Positions 19,195-28,555 are shown, counted from the stretch's first letter. The stretch: DNA of 64,000 bases from a bacterium (GCA_021818465.1 JAKAEA010000001.1:41972-105971); one strand, 5' to 3'. Notes: a model not told the origin generated them from the sequence alone. Numbers and translations: made by a program.

Positions 19195-19983
19195 CTAAGC
19201 GACTGAGGACTCGGGTTCCAAGTCGCAGAAGCAGAGGAAGGCATCGTCGACGCGCCAAACGTCCTCGAAGTCACCGATGTCGAAGCGGAAGACACCGTCC
19301 GAGTAGGCGAACACGCTCGGCACCCCGTGGTCGCCGACGGCATCTTGCCAAAGGCGTTCCTTCTCATCGAAGGAGCAATACCACTTACCTTTCGGCAGTT
19401 GGTCGCGCTTCTGGTCCCAGACGAGCGAGGCTCCCTGAGCGCCAACGTGAACCGCTTTCTGCGTGGCCAGGAAGGCCATGCGCTCCTCGGAAGTTGTGCT
19501 TCCACCAACGACTTGCTTGAACGCGCGAACGCGGAGCTTGTCGCCGGGTTTGAGGATACGGGTCGGATTCGGGAAGTTGGGATCGGTGATCGCTTCGTTG
19601 TAGTAATAGAACTTTTTACGGTTCTTCTTACCAAACTTGGCGAGCGCTGTCGCGTGATCGTAGTCATCCGGCACCGTAATGATGCCGAGGTCAACGAGCA
19701 GAGCGAACTTCTCCGTGGATTCTGCAGGGGCTTGAGGCTCCGGCTTCTTCCAGTCGCCGAACCGCGCTTCCCGATCGTCCGTGGAGAGGTTGTTGAACCG
19801 CTCCCATTGGCCGAGGGTGATTTGACCGCTTCGCACCTTTTGAAGGGTGTCGATTTGCAAACCAGCCAGTTTGGCCGCATTTGCGCCGATGACAGTACTC
19901 ATCGTTTGTCCTTTCTTTACAATGTGCTTCCGGAAATCTGCCGGATCAGGCGCAAGGGTATCTTGCGTGTCAAACAATATCAT
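19195..19983 (-). CDS. DGR target protein with C-terminal variable region (probable start MSTVIG at 19902)
   Basis: The VR occupies the last 50 or so codons before the stop. An internal ATG with a GAAAGGA Shine-Dalgarno and an upstream TTGACA promoter point to the 19902 start. The gene is locally GC-rich. Confidence 0.8.
   Translation of the reverse strand: MILFDTQDTLAPDPADFRKHIVKKGQTMSTVIGANAAKLAGLQIDTLQKVRSGQITLGQWERFNNLSTDDREARFGDWKKPEPQAPAESTEKFALLVDLGIITVPDDYDHATALAKFGKKNRKKFYYYNEAITDPNFPNPTRILKPGDKLRVRAFKQVVGGSTTSEERMAFLATQKAVHVGAQGASLVWDQKRDQLPKGKWYCSFDEKERLWQDAVGDHGVPSVFAYSDGVFRFDIGDFEDVWRVDDAFLCFCDLEPESSVA
19222..19343 (-). repeat. DGR variable repeat (VR)
   Basis: Cognate of the TR. 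Differences are confined to TR-adenine positions. The 23-nt 3' end is identical in TR and VR. Confidence 0.88.
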
Positions 19984-20006
19984 ATAAGATGATATATGTC
20001 AACGGG

Positions 20007-20078
20007 GTGCCTAATGGGACTCGAACCCATACTGCCGCTTCCACAGAGCGAAGTGCTAACCATTACACCATAGGCACC
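20007..20078 (-). tRNA. tRNA-His(GTG)
   Basis: Cloverleaf with extra G-1, anticodon loop CTGTGGA, TTCGAGT T-loop. No encoded CCA. Confidence 0.8.
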
Positions 20079-20508
20079 ATGAGCACTGTTATACCAAACT
20101 TGATAGAGCAACGCTAGGCACACAAGAGCGCCTTGGAAAAAATAATGGTGCGCCGAAAGAAAAATTCAAATAAAAAACTAGCGAAAAAACTAATCGATAA
20201 AATGTATACAGAGCAACGCCTCGGGCGGACTATATTTCCCGAGGCGTTGTGTCGCACAACCACATACTGCCTGCTGCATTATGAGAAGTAAAATAAACGG
20301 CAAGCCAGCCTCACGCACGAGGTCACCTTACCGTACAATAGCGCATACCAACCCCCTCGAAACTTTCTCGCCCCGTATTAACGGAACCGTCACCTCACAT
20401 TACTGCAAAGCCGTCGTGGGAATTGTCTTGATTACGTCAAACAGCACTATTGTCTGTACGTGTCCCTAAATCTACATACTCTAACACCCCACTAGCACTA
20501 AAGTTTCA

Positions 20509-21057
20509 TTAAATATGTTCATGATTGAGGCTGTATTCTCGCTGTATCTTTTTCCGAATTCTAAAAAGTAGTAGTTTGACAGCGGTCGGAGTGCGACCGG
20601 TGGCGCGAGCAATGTCGGCAATAGACAAACCCTGCTGATAGCGCATCTCCAAAAGACGACGTTCGAATGTCGAGAGGTGCTCGATAGCACGATGCACATC
20701 TTCATACTCAAGAAAAAGTTCTGTACTACTCCCTTCCCCATTCTCATTTTTTATTTCATCGGCAGTGAGTCGACTCCAGGGTATACTTTTTTGCTTACGG
20801 TAATAATTTACGAGTACATTATGAGCAATCGTCATTAAATAGGTACCGTATCGGTAGCCGATATTTTTAAATTGAGCAAAATGCGTCAGGGCACGTGTAA
20901 ATGTTTCTTCAGTTAAATCTTCAGCCAATTCAATATCGCGACTGGTATGATAGAAAAAATATTCATACACTTTCTTGTGATAGTGCGTGTAAATCCTACC
21001 AAAATCATTAGGCCGAGGCGGACTATGCTGTGACGAAATGGAGCGATGTGTTCTCAT
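20509..21057 (-). CDS. ECF-type RNA polymerase sigma-70 family factor
   Basis: Sigma region 2 and region 4 HTH (LSIADIARATGRTPTAVKLLLFRIRKK). Confidence 0.8.
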   Translation of the reverse strand: MRTHRSISSQHSPPRPNDFGRIYTHYHKKVYEYFFYHTSRDIELAEDLTEETFTRALTHFAQFKNIGYRYGTYLMTIAHNVLVNYYRKQKSIPWSRLTADEIKNENGEGSSTELFLEYEDVHRAIEHLSTFERRLLEMRYQQGLSIADIARATGRTPTAVKLLLFRIRKKIQREYSLNHEHI

Positions 21058-21124
21058 AAAAGCAATGACAACCCATCAGCGATTTTATAACTCCTCTGTA
21101 TAGAAAGTGTACGGTGCGCGGGAC

Positions 21125-21208
21125 AGGACTTGAACCTGCATGCCCTTGCGGGCGCTACCACCTCAAGGTAGTGCGTCTGCCAATTTCGCCACCCGCGCGT
21201 GGACTAGA
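21125..21208 (-). tRNA. tRNA-Leu(GAG)
   Basis: Anticodon loop TTGAGGT with a long variable arm. 84 nt. Confidence 0.75.
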
Positions 21209-21237
21209 TAGTATCTGAAAATGAGAAGTAATTCAAC

Positions 21238-21738
21238 CTATACGGCAGCTGATTGTTCTGTAGGAGCTTGTTCTAGAGTAGAAACTGCTTCAGCGGCAGG
21301 GGTTGCCTCGGTGGTTTCAACCACCTCAACAGGACGAATGCGTTGCACACGACGCATCTCACGACTAATTTCTTTAGCAGCTTTTTTACGAATATGGTAA
21401 AGCTTGGCTTGACGAACCTTGGCGCGGCGAATTACTTCAATTTTTTCAATGGCCGGAGAATAGAGTGGAAAAATTTTTTCTACACCAACACCGCTGGTCA
21501 CTTTGCGGACAGTGAACGTGGCTCCGGCCTCAGTGCCATGCTTGCGAGCAAGTACCAAACCTTCAAATGTTTGCGAGCGGATTTTGCCACCCTCAAGAAT
21601 CTTTTGAGAAACTTTGACCGTGTCACCAGCGCGCAAGTCGATCTTTTTGCGCTGTTCAATATTAACTGCTGGCAGTTTTAAAACCGCCGGACCGGCATCT
21701 TTGTCTCCTTTTTTTGCTTTTGCTGCGGCAGTAGCCAT
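21238..21738 (-). CDS. rplS: 50S ribosomal protein L19 (with terminal extensions)
   Basis: L19 core [31 protein letters not shown]. Confidence 0.85.
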   Translation of the reverse strand: MATAAAKAKKGDKDAGPAVLKLPAVNIEQRKKIDLRAGDTVKVSQKILEGGKIRSQTFEGLVLARKHGTEAGATFTVRKVTSGVGVEKIFPLYSPAIEKIEVIRRAKVRQAKLYHIRKKAAKEISREMRRVQRIRPVEVVETTEATPAAEAVSTLEQAPTEQSAAV

Positions 21739-21759
21739 AGTTTTAGTTGTCGTAATCTA

Positions 21760-22482
21760 TCACGCTCGTGGGATTTTCGCAATAGCCGCCTCAAAATCCG
21801 CTGGGTATGGCGCTTCAACAGCAATATCATTACCGCCAGCATCAGTGAAATGAATTGCTCGAGCATGTAGAGCGAGGCGTTGAAAGCCAAGTGCCGCTGG
21901 GCGCGTGGGCGCATAGAGCGTATCGCAAATTACGGGGTGGTTAATAGCTTTAAGGTGTACGCGGATTTGGTGTGTTCGACCAGTATGCGGCTCAAGTTCT
22001 AGAAATGTGAAATCGTCGGCAAGTCGACCTCGAACATGATAATCGGTCACCGCCGGACGCGCTTGGCCGCGAGCGCCACGCTGCGCCGACCAGCGTCGAA
22101 AGTCGGAGCGCGAGCGCGCGATGGGTCGATCAATGCGACCTTCATCTTCTTTTACTCGTCCATAGACAAAAGCTTCGTAACGTTTTTTTACATCCCGATC
22201 CGCAAAACGCTCTTTTAAATATGTGAAGGCAGTTGGTGTTTTGGCGATCACCAGTACACCTGAAGTATCGCGATCCAACCGATGAACAATGCCCGGCCGT
22301 GCCACCACTTCACCGTTAGCCAACCGTTGTGACTCCCCCACATCACGCATATTTGGATATTTTTCCACCAACCAATCAGTCAACGTCGGCCCCACCGCGT
22401 GTCCATCGGGGTGCACGAGAATACCTGCCGGTTTATTTACAACAACATACTCATCATTTTCAAAAAGAATGGAAATAATCAT
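21760..22482 (-). CDS. RluA-family pseudouridine synthase
   Basis: HRLDRDTSGVLVIAKT catalytic motif. Confidence 0.85.
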   Translation of the reverse strand: MIISILFENDEYVVVNKPAGILVHPDGHAVGPTLTDWLVEKYPNMRDVGESQRLANGEVVARPGIVHRLDRDTSGVLVIAKTPTAFTYLKERFADRDVKKRYEAFVYGRVKEDEGRIDRPIARSRSDFRRWSAQRGARGQARPAVTDYHVRGRLADDFTFLELEPHTGRTHQIRVHLKAINHPVICDTLYAPTRPAALGFQRLALHARAIHFTDAGGNDIAVEAPYPADFEAAIAKIPRA

Positions 22483-22485
22483 AGT

Positions 22486-22815
22486 TTATAGAATGGCAAA
22501 ATCGGAAAATCGCTCATCATCAGCACCGACTGGTCCCCAATTCACATCAACACTTTCCACCTCAGCCTCCACTGGACCACTAGAAATTTTTGTCAAAAAT
22601 TCACGTAGATTTACTTCGTCACCGTGCGCAACAATTTCCACCGTGCCCTCAGGCAAATTTTTTACATAACCAACTATACCACGCGCTCGTGCTTCATTTT
22701 GAGCAAAGCTGCGAAAAAATACGCCTTGAACATTACCGTACACTTTGCAATACAACTCTTTCATACAACGGGATAGTAGCACAAAAAAATAAAGAATAAA
22801 AAAACAGCCCAGCAA
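22486..22815 (-). CDS. acyP: acylphosphatase (probable start MKELYCK at 22764)
   Basis: Both acylphosphatase signatures are present: VYGNVQGVFFR and GYVKNLPEGTVEIVAHG. Confidence 0.8.
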   Translation of the reverse strand: MLGCFFILYFFVLLSRCMKELYCKVYGNVQGVFFRSFAQNEARARGIVGYVKNLPEGTVEIVAHGDEVNLREFLTKISSGPVEAEVESVDVNWGPVGADDERFSDFAIL

Positions 22816-22878
22816 TCAGATTTATCTGACGCTGAGCCGTGGTTCCGCTCCTAGATACTAACATACTCCCGTTCATTT

Positions 22879-23409
22879 TCAAGCATGACCACCAATAACA
22901 GCAACGATGCGAGCGGCTGTTAGCCACTCAACCGGATATTCTTGAACAACGAGACCTAGTTCTGTAACTAACCCATATTCCCAACTTGCTCCGTGTGAAG
23001 TTTTCCAATTGGGCAGAAAAAGCGTTCTTTGCACATAGCCTGATCCAAAAATAGGCCGGTAGAAATTATCGAGAATAGCTTGGCAGTAGGGTTGATTGGG
23101 AAACCACTGCACAATGCGTTTCATCGCGTCTTGAAAAGGTAATTGATTAAAGACATGAAGTCCCCTATCAGAAGCAACATCAATGGCGTACTGAAACAAC
23201 TTCATATTATCATCCAAGTTACCAAAACCACCCGTAGTCATCGGGCCGCAAATCTGGACAATTTTTCTTTTCTCTTCTGCCATACGCCCCAGAATAACAA
23301 GAGCAATATCGGCTAATTCGGACAACGTATCAGCTTGCTCAAGTCTCTTTTTTTCCGCACCCGTCCAAAATCTACTCATATGTATCTCCTTATAAAAGAA
23401 CCTGCACAC
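22879..23409 (-). CDS. hypothetical protein
   Basis: 176-aa ORF with no recognised family. Confidence 0.35.
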   Translation of the reverse strand: MCRFFYKEIHMSRFWTGAEKKRLEQADTLSELADIALVILGRMAEEKRKIVQICGPMTTGGFGNLDDNMKLFQYAIDVASDRGLHVFNQLPFQDAMKRIVQWFPNQPYCQAILDNFYRPIFGSGYVQRTLFLPNWKTSHGASWEYGLVTELGLVVQEYPVEWLTAARIVAVIGGHA

Positions 23410-23442
23410 AAACTACTGTACCAACTAAAAAATGTAAAGAGG

Positions 23443-23515
23443 TGGGCGATGAGGGACTCGAACCCCCGACCTTTCCGGTGTAAACGGATTGCTCTACCAA
23501 CTGAGCTAATCGCCC
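23443..23515 (-). tRNA. tRNA-Val(TAC)
   Basis: GGGCGAT acceptor, anticodon loop TTTACAC. Confidence 0.8.
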
Positions 23516-23568
23516 AAGGAAATTGCAGTATACGCTTTTTTTTCTTCTATTTCAAATAAAAAAACCGA

Positions 23569-23835
23569 TCATCCTTGATCGGTTAATAAAAGTATTCGCT
23601 CATGAGGTTCAGCTTTGAGGAGCTTCACACAAAAGACCTTTATGGGCCAGACGCGCGGAGCACAGAGCGGACACCTTCCTAAAAACTCAATTGTGCCGCC
23701 CAAGGCTCCTCCTTGAAGCCTTGCATGGAAGACCTCGCGTGTGTTTAAAGGAAGCCATTCTTGAAATTCCTTTCGGGACACATTATTCATGCCACATTGC
23801 GAACACTTGAAAAAGAAGTGGACATTTGGTGGCAT
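23569..23835 (-). CDS. hypothetical small zinc-ribbon protein
   Basis: CSQCG...CPLC motifs. Confidence 0.3.
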   Translation of the reverse strand: MPPNVHFFFKCSQCGMNNVSRKEFQEWLPLNTREVFHARLQGGALGGTIEFLGRCPLCAPRVWPIKVFCVKLLKAEPHERILLLTDQG

Positions 23836-23880
23836 AGAACCACCCCCTTTCTGTTTACTATATTAACACATATTTAATAA

Positions 23881-24501
23881 TTATGCAACTAGCTGTGCGG
23901 TCGACGCCTTTTTTCGTCGTTTAATCCGATCAACAATAATACGCGCCACTGATTCAACTTTTATAGGATCTATTTCCTCATCATAACCAAGAAGCATATC
24001 AGGACGAAGAATCATATCAGCTTTATGATCTAACTTGCTTCTATTAAGTGTTACATCTAAAGAAAAATTTATTCCATTAACATCCAAAAAAGCATCGATC
24101 CCGTAGCAACTGTCGGGCATGGAGTGTAATGTTGAGTAGAGATCAACTGTTTCCTTACCACCAGATTCTTTGGCAATGATTTTAAGTACAGATTCCCATA
24201 AAGCTCGAAGAATACCGTTAGGAGCTCTGGGGTCATAGGGGTCAAGCACGTCGGGTTGATGATTTTTGAACCATTCGAGAACCGTGTTCGTGCGTTCTTC
24301 TGGTTTCATCTGATACCACTCTGCGCGCGAGCTGACAATTTTTTGATCGAGCACCCACCGAAGTTCGACGGCACGAGCTTCTTCAAATTTTCTCTCTTTC
24401 ATGAGCTCACCATATTTTTCCATTGGCCATTCTTGTTGGTTAACAGGAATGGTTTCTTCCTCAAAAAGTGAACCGGTTAAACCTTCCATGGACATTTTCA
24501 T
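23881..24501 (-). CDS. hypothetical protein
   Basis: 206-aa ORF with acidic and helical character. Confidence 0.35.
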   Translation of the reverse strand: MKMSMEGLTGSLFEEETIPVNQQEWPMEKYGELMKERKFEEARAVELRWVLDQKIVSSRAEWYQMKPEERTNTVLEWFKNHQPDVLDPYDPRAPNGILRALWESVLKIIAKESGGKETVDLYSTLHSMPDSCYGIDAFLDVNGINFSLDVTLNRSKLDHKADMILRPDMLLGYDEEIDPIKVESVARIIVDRIKRRKKASTAQLVA

Positions 24502-24533
24502 ATAACACTCATACTATCACAAAAATTTATAAG

Positions 24534-24605
24534 TGCCTCCGGCAGGAATCGAACCTACATAGCCGGCTTAGAAGTCCGGTGTTCTATCCATTGAACTACG
24601 GAGGC
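24534..24605 (-). tRNA. tRNA-Arg(TCT)
   Basis: GCCTCCG acceptor, anticodon loop CTTCTAA. Confidence 0.75.
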
Positions 24606-24636
24606 AGTATAATGGCGCTCTATCATCTTGACACGC

Positions 24637-24975
24637 TTATTGAGATGGGTCAATTACACTGGTGGTTACACTATCGCCCGCTTCTAAGCTCGCCAGAGCG
24701 GCGGCACGAGCACCATACGTTTGTGCAGTTTGTGTAAGCAGTGTTTCGCTAATAATGGGAGATGGTGTTTCATTTTGAGTGGTTGTGGTTACTAGTGTGC
24801 CCGTTTGTAATTCATGAGAAATGTAGAAATCATACGAAACAAAAAGAATAAGTGCCGCCGCAAACAAAAGGCATAACCACAACCATGTTTTATATGGATC
24901 ACGAACAATATCAATACTTTTACTAGAAATATGTAATCGGGAAAGTGTTTTTGAAAATGATAGAGTGTTTTTCAT
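24637..24975 (-). CDS. hypothetical membrane protein (pilus-cluster associated)
   Basis: Single TM. Downstream of the pilMNO-like genes. Confidence 0.3.
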   Translation of the reverse strand: MKNTLSFSKTLSRLHISSKSIDIVRDPYKTWLWLCLLFAAALILFVSYDFYISHELQTGTLVTTTTQNETPSPIISETLLTQTAQTYGARAAALASLEAGDSVTTSVIDPSQ

Positions 24976-24990
24976 ACAATATCCATTTAA

Positions 24991-25581
24991 TTATGACGAT
25001 AAATCTCCTGGTGCGAGCGTTTTTACAACCGACAGCGTTAATGTACCAGACCAAAATGATTGCGCGGATGTGGAATGGCCATTTGCTGACGGAGTAGAAT
25101 ACACTGCCTGATTGAGTGAAATATTATTCAATCGAACTTTATACGGTAACGTCTCAAGCATTGCTAGAAAAGTATACACATCATTCCACGAACCTTGTAC
25201 AGAAAGATTTAATACAAGCGCATCGAAATTACTTGTCGATGCACTGGGTGCTACTTTTGTTACCGATGCTATGCTCACATTTTGAATACGCACACCAGCG
25301 TGCGCTTGTTTTGCCAATCCCTCAATCATACTAATAAATGATACTGAGCCATTAGCTGGTACGACGCTAGAAAGTAAAGTCATTGCCGTAGAGCTTGAAA
25401 TTGTAAGAAATGAAGCAAGTGCTTGATCTTGTTGCTGCGATGTCTGTATAGCTTCTTCGGTAGCTTTGGTATGACTGGTGGTCGTGGCTTGAGCAATAAT
25501 TTTTTCGTATAAAACATACCAACCACTAATGCCGACTATGGCCACCACAAGAAGTATGAAGAATAGTAAACGGGTACGCAT
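24991..25581 (-). CDS. type IV pilus assembly PilO-like protein
   Basis: N-terminal TM plus a periplasmic domain. Follows pilN in the operon. Confidence 0.4.
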   Translation of the reverse strand: MRTRLLFFILLVVAIVGISGWYVLYEKIIAQATTTSHTKATEEAIQTSQQQDQALASFLTISSSTAMTLLSSVVPANGSVSFISMIEGLAKQAHAGVRIQNVSIASVTKVAPSASTSNFDALVLNLSVQGSWNDVYTFLAMLETLPYKVRLNNISLNQAVYSTPSANGHSTSAQSFWSGTLTLSVVKTLAPGDLSS

Positions 25582-25584
25582 ACG

Positions 25585-26130
25585 TTATGAAGCAATAATA
25601 GTAATCGTAAAGGGCACATTAATGTCGGCGGCGTAATCAGAAATTGGAATAGTAACGCTAGAGATTCGACTTTCATTTTTCAAAATACTAATAAATGCTG
25701 CGAGACTATTTCGTGTTGTTGCAGTACCTGTTAGAACAAGAGTGACTGATTGAGTCGTTCCACTTTTTGAACCCAATGTGTAATTGATACCGGTAATACT
25801 AATTGCCGATGTTTTATCGGCACTAATTAAGGGCATAACATCTGTGAATAATAAAGCGGTTGACGGTATTGAACTAAGCGCCTTGAGTGTTGCTGAGAGT
25901 GTTGCAGTTTCCGCAACCAAACCGGCATGTAAATTATCTTTTTTGGCAATAGATTGGGCTTGCGTCGCCGCAGTCTCGGCTTGTACACGTGCCGCGAAAT
26001 ACACTGGCCCCAAAAGTATAGTACCAATAATAATGACGACATCTATAAAAATGAGGGTCATTATCACCACGCGCCAATGATATTCTCGACTAAAACGTAG
26101 TTTATAGAGTTCTGGTAAAAGATTAATCAT
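25585..26130 (-). CDS. type IV pilus assembly protein PilN-like
   Basis: Short N-terminus, TM segment and coiled coil. Located between the pilM and pilO-like genes. Confidence 0.5.
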   Translation of the reverse strand: MINLLPELYKLRFSREYHWRVVIMTLIFIDVVIIIGTILLGPVYFAARVQAETAATQAQSIAKKDNLHAGLVAETATLSATLKALSSIPSTALLFTDVMPLISADKTSAISITGINYTLGSKSGTTQSVTLVLTGTATTRNSLAAFISILKNESRISSVTIPISDYAADINVPFTITIIAS

Positions 26131-26137
26131 GTGTGTA

Positions 26138-27223
26138 TTAAAACGCTAGAGCCAAACCGAGGGCTGGAGCATAATCGAGTGATTCGCGATACGTCATCGC
26201 CGGCACCATGGTCTCCAGGGAATGAATATTTTGCCAAACATTAGCAACACGCACTGGCACATCAAACGATCGCGACAAGTAATCAGTGAGACCAAGGAGG
26301 GTATCTCCACCAGTAAGAGCTATGTCGACAATCGTTGGACTAAGAGGATCACCGTGACTCTCCCAATATGCGAGCAGTCGTCCCACCTCATCACGAATAA
26401 CCGAAGCAGCATTAATTAACGAGAAAAAGAGCTCGTCTCGCTCGCGACTCTCCTTGCCGTTGCGAATTTTTTCTGCTTCAGCCGTGTCCACAGAAAAACT
26501 TTTTTTAATAGATTCGACAATAGATTGACCACCAATAGCGAGTGTAGAAGAAAATCGAATAGTATCGGAAGCGACAATGGCAAAAACGGTTTTGGTGTCA
26601 CGCACCGCTACCACAATGTGAGCACTTGACTCAGGAAGATGTCGCTGTTTGGGAATAGCAACACGCGCCACTGCTTGTGACTCAACTTGTAAAGAAAGCG
26701 GTGTCAGTCCAGCATCGGTTACTACATCCATATAACTCTGTACAACTTTTGTATGTGTTACTGCAACACCAAGCTTAAGTGGTTGGCCAGCAATTGGTGG
26801 TGCAATAAAATAATAATCAAATATAGCGTCGGCAAGTTTAACGGGAACGTTTTCTTCAATCTTGAAACTAAGCGCACTACGAATATCTTTGATTTCCATA
26901 GCTGGCAACTCAATACTAAAAAGGTAGGCTTTTTCTTCTGGTAATGAAACATTGACGTAACGTAAATTGTGCTTCTGTCGTAACGTCGTAAGTGCGCTCA
27001 CCACAACATCTTTATTTTTTATAAAACCCTCTTCAATAGCACCGGGAGGAAATGATATCTCACCGAAAACATCGAGCTCTAAACCGCGCACTCCCGCACG
27101 CAGACCGGCAAAGCGTATTATTTTATCAGAGATATCAAGACCAACCGCTGGCATAGTTAAAAATTTCGGCGGCGGAAAAAGCCTAAAGAACAAATTATTG
27201 CGACCGCGCTGCGCACGTAACAT
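26138..27223 (-). CDS. pilM: type IV pilus assembly ATPase-like protein PilM (start probably MPAVGLDIS)
   Basis: Actin/FtsA-like fold pattern (GLDISDKIIRFA...ALTGGDTL). Confidence 0.7.
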   Translation of the reverse strand: MLRAQRGRNNLFFRLFPPPKFLTMPAVGLDISDKIIRFAGLRAGVRGLELDVFGEISFPPGAIEEGFIKNKDVVVSALTTLRQKHNLRYVNVSLPEEKAYLFSIELPAMEIKDIRSALSFKIEENVPVKLADAIFDYYFIAPPIAGQPLKLGVAVTHTKVVQSYMDVVTDAGLTPLSLQVESQAVARVAIPKQRHLPESSAHIVVAVRDTKTVFAIVASDTIRFSSTLAIGGQSIVESIKKSFSVDTAEAEKIRNGKESRERDELFFSLINAASVIRDEVGRLLAYWESHGDPLSPTIVDIALTGGDTLLGLTDYLSRSFDVPVRVANVWQNIHSLETMVPAMTYRESLDYAPALGLALAF

Positions 27224-27250
27224 GGTATTAGTATAGCAAATTCGTCTAAG

Positions 27251-27667
27251 CTACACTTCTCTTGAAGCCCCACCGAGTCGATCAAGATAACTCTGGAGAA
27301 TGAGCGCAGCAGCGGAAGCGTCGATATGACGATGATCGCCCTGAAGCCGCGTGGCTTGTTGGGTGGTTAAAAATTCTGGTTCAAAAATTATTTGAACCGT
27401 ATCTCCAAGTGTATTACGTAAAATCGAAACAAATTGGCGGGCCTTTTTCATAACAGGATTATCTGCACCAGAAAAATCTTTTGATTCCCCCACCACAACA
27501 ACATTCACTTTACACGCACGAATAATATCCAATATATCATCGGCAACCGTTGGTGCAGTTTTACCGCTAACAGACATTACTTGTAACGGCGTCGCTATCC
27601 TACTCGGGTCACTTGCCACAGCAACGCCGATTCGTTTGGTACCATAATCAATGCCAAGAAAATACAT
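27251..27667 (-). CDS. ruvX: Holliday junction resolvase-like RuvX/YqgF
   Basis: N-terminus MYFLGIDYGTKRIGVAVAS, characteristic of the YqgF family. Confidence 0.85.
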   Translation of the reverse strand: MYFLGIDYGTKRIGVAVASDPSRIATPLQVMSVSGKTAPTVADDILDIIRACKVNVVVVGESKDFSGADNPVMKKARQFVSILRNTLGDTVQIIFEPEFLTTQQATRLQGDHRHIDASAAALILQSYLDRLGGASREV

Positions 27668-27799
27668 ACCCTAGTATAAGCGTAAAGTTATTTATTGCGC
27701 CACTTTTAATGTGCAGTAAAAAATAATCGGAGTATTTTGCATATCTACTTTAGTAAATTTTATCGCGCACCGTTGCTATCTAAAAAGACGGTTGTTTGG

Positions 27800-27886
27800 C
27801 GGATGGGGTGAGATTCGAACTCACGGAGCCCTTTCGGACTCGCCAGTTTTCAAGACTGGTGCCTTAAACCACTCAGCCACCCATCC
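27800..27886 (-). tRNA. tRNA-Ser(TGA)
   Basis: Anticodon loop CTTGAAA, long variable arm, G discriminator. Confidence 0.8.
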
Positions 27887-27957
27887 AGAGCCCCTAGCCT
27901 AACAAAAAAACTAAGAGAAGAACAGTGAGAACAACATAAATATAGTATACTGATAGT

Positions 27958-28422
27958 ATGGAACACGAAGTTATCCAATGGGATGCGCCAGAATATTATC
28001 ACTGGCCACATAGCGCCGATTGGTTCTGGTCCTATGGCATTGTGGTTACATCGATTGCTATCCTTTCCATACTCTTTAGTAATGTCCTTTTCGCTATTTT
28101 TATTGTTATTGCTGGTATTTTAGCCGGTTACTACGCTGCTCGAAAACCAGACATTATTCATTGCGAGCTGCAGCCGCTTGGTATTCTGGCTGGTAAAACA
28201 TTTTACGATTACAACGATATACGATCATTTTGGGTTGATGACAATCACCCTCACGCTAAATTAGTACTTATTTCCAAGAAACTTTTTTCTATGCATATTG
28301 TTATCCCTGTTGACGACACGACACATCCGGCTGATATTACAGAATATTTAATACGCCATATTCCCCAAGTGAAAGGTGAAGAAACATTTTTACACAAACT
28401 AATGGAACAAGCCGGTTTATAG
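27958..28422 (+). CDS. hypothetical membrane protein
   Basis: Two TM segments after a short N-terminus. Confidence 0.4.
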   Translation: MEHEVIQWDAPEYYHWPHSADWFWSYGIVVTSIAILSILFSNVLFAIFIVIAGILAGYYAARKPDIIHCELQPLGILAGKTFYDYNDIRSFWVDDNHPHAKLVLISKKLFSMHIVIPVDDTTHPADITEYLIRHIPQVKGEETFLHKLMEQAGL

Positions 28423-28483
28423 ACAAGTGTATCTTTTTCTTGTATCTTTGAGGCTGTTGTATTGTTTTTTTGTTTTTATTTCT

Positions 28484-28555
28484 GTCCCCGTAGTTCAATG
28501 GATAGAACGCGAGTTTGCGGAACTCGTAATGCAGGTTCGATTCCTGCCGGGGGCA
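28484..28555 (+). tRNA. tRNA-Arg(GCG)
   Basis: GTCCCCG acceptor, anticodon loop TTGCGGA. Confidence 0.7.

Noticed and set aside
18627-19992. Arg/Ser-rich plus-strand ORFs (18627..18812, 19191..19520, 19327..19992) and minus-strand 19089..19880
   Set aside because: These are alternative-frame or antisense shadows of the TR/VR repeat and the GC-rich target gene. They are low-complexity, with no Shine-Dalgarno or independent support.
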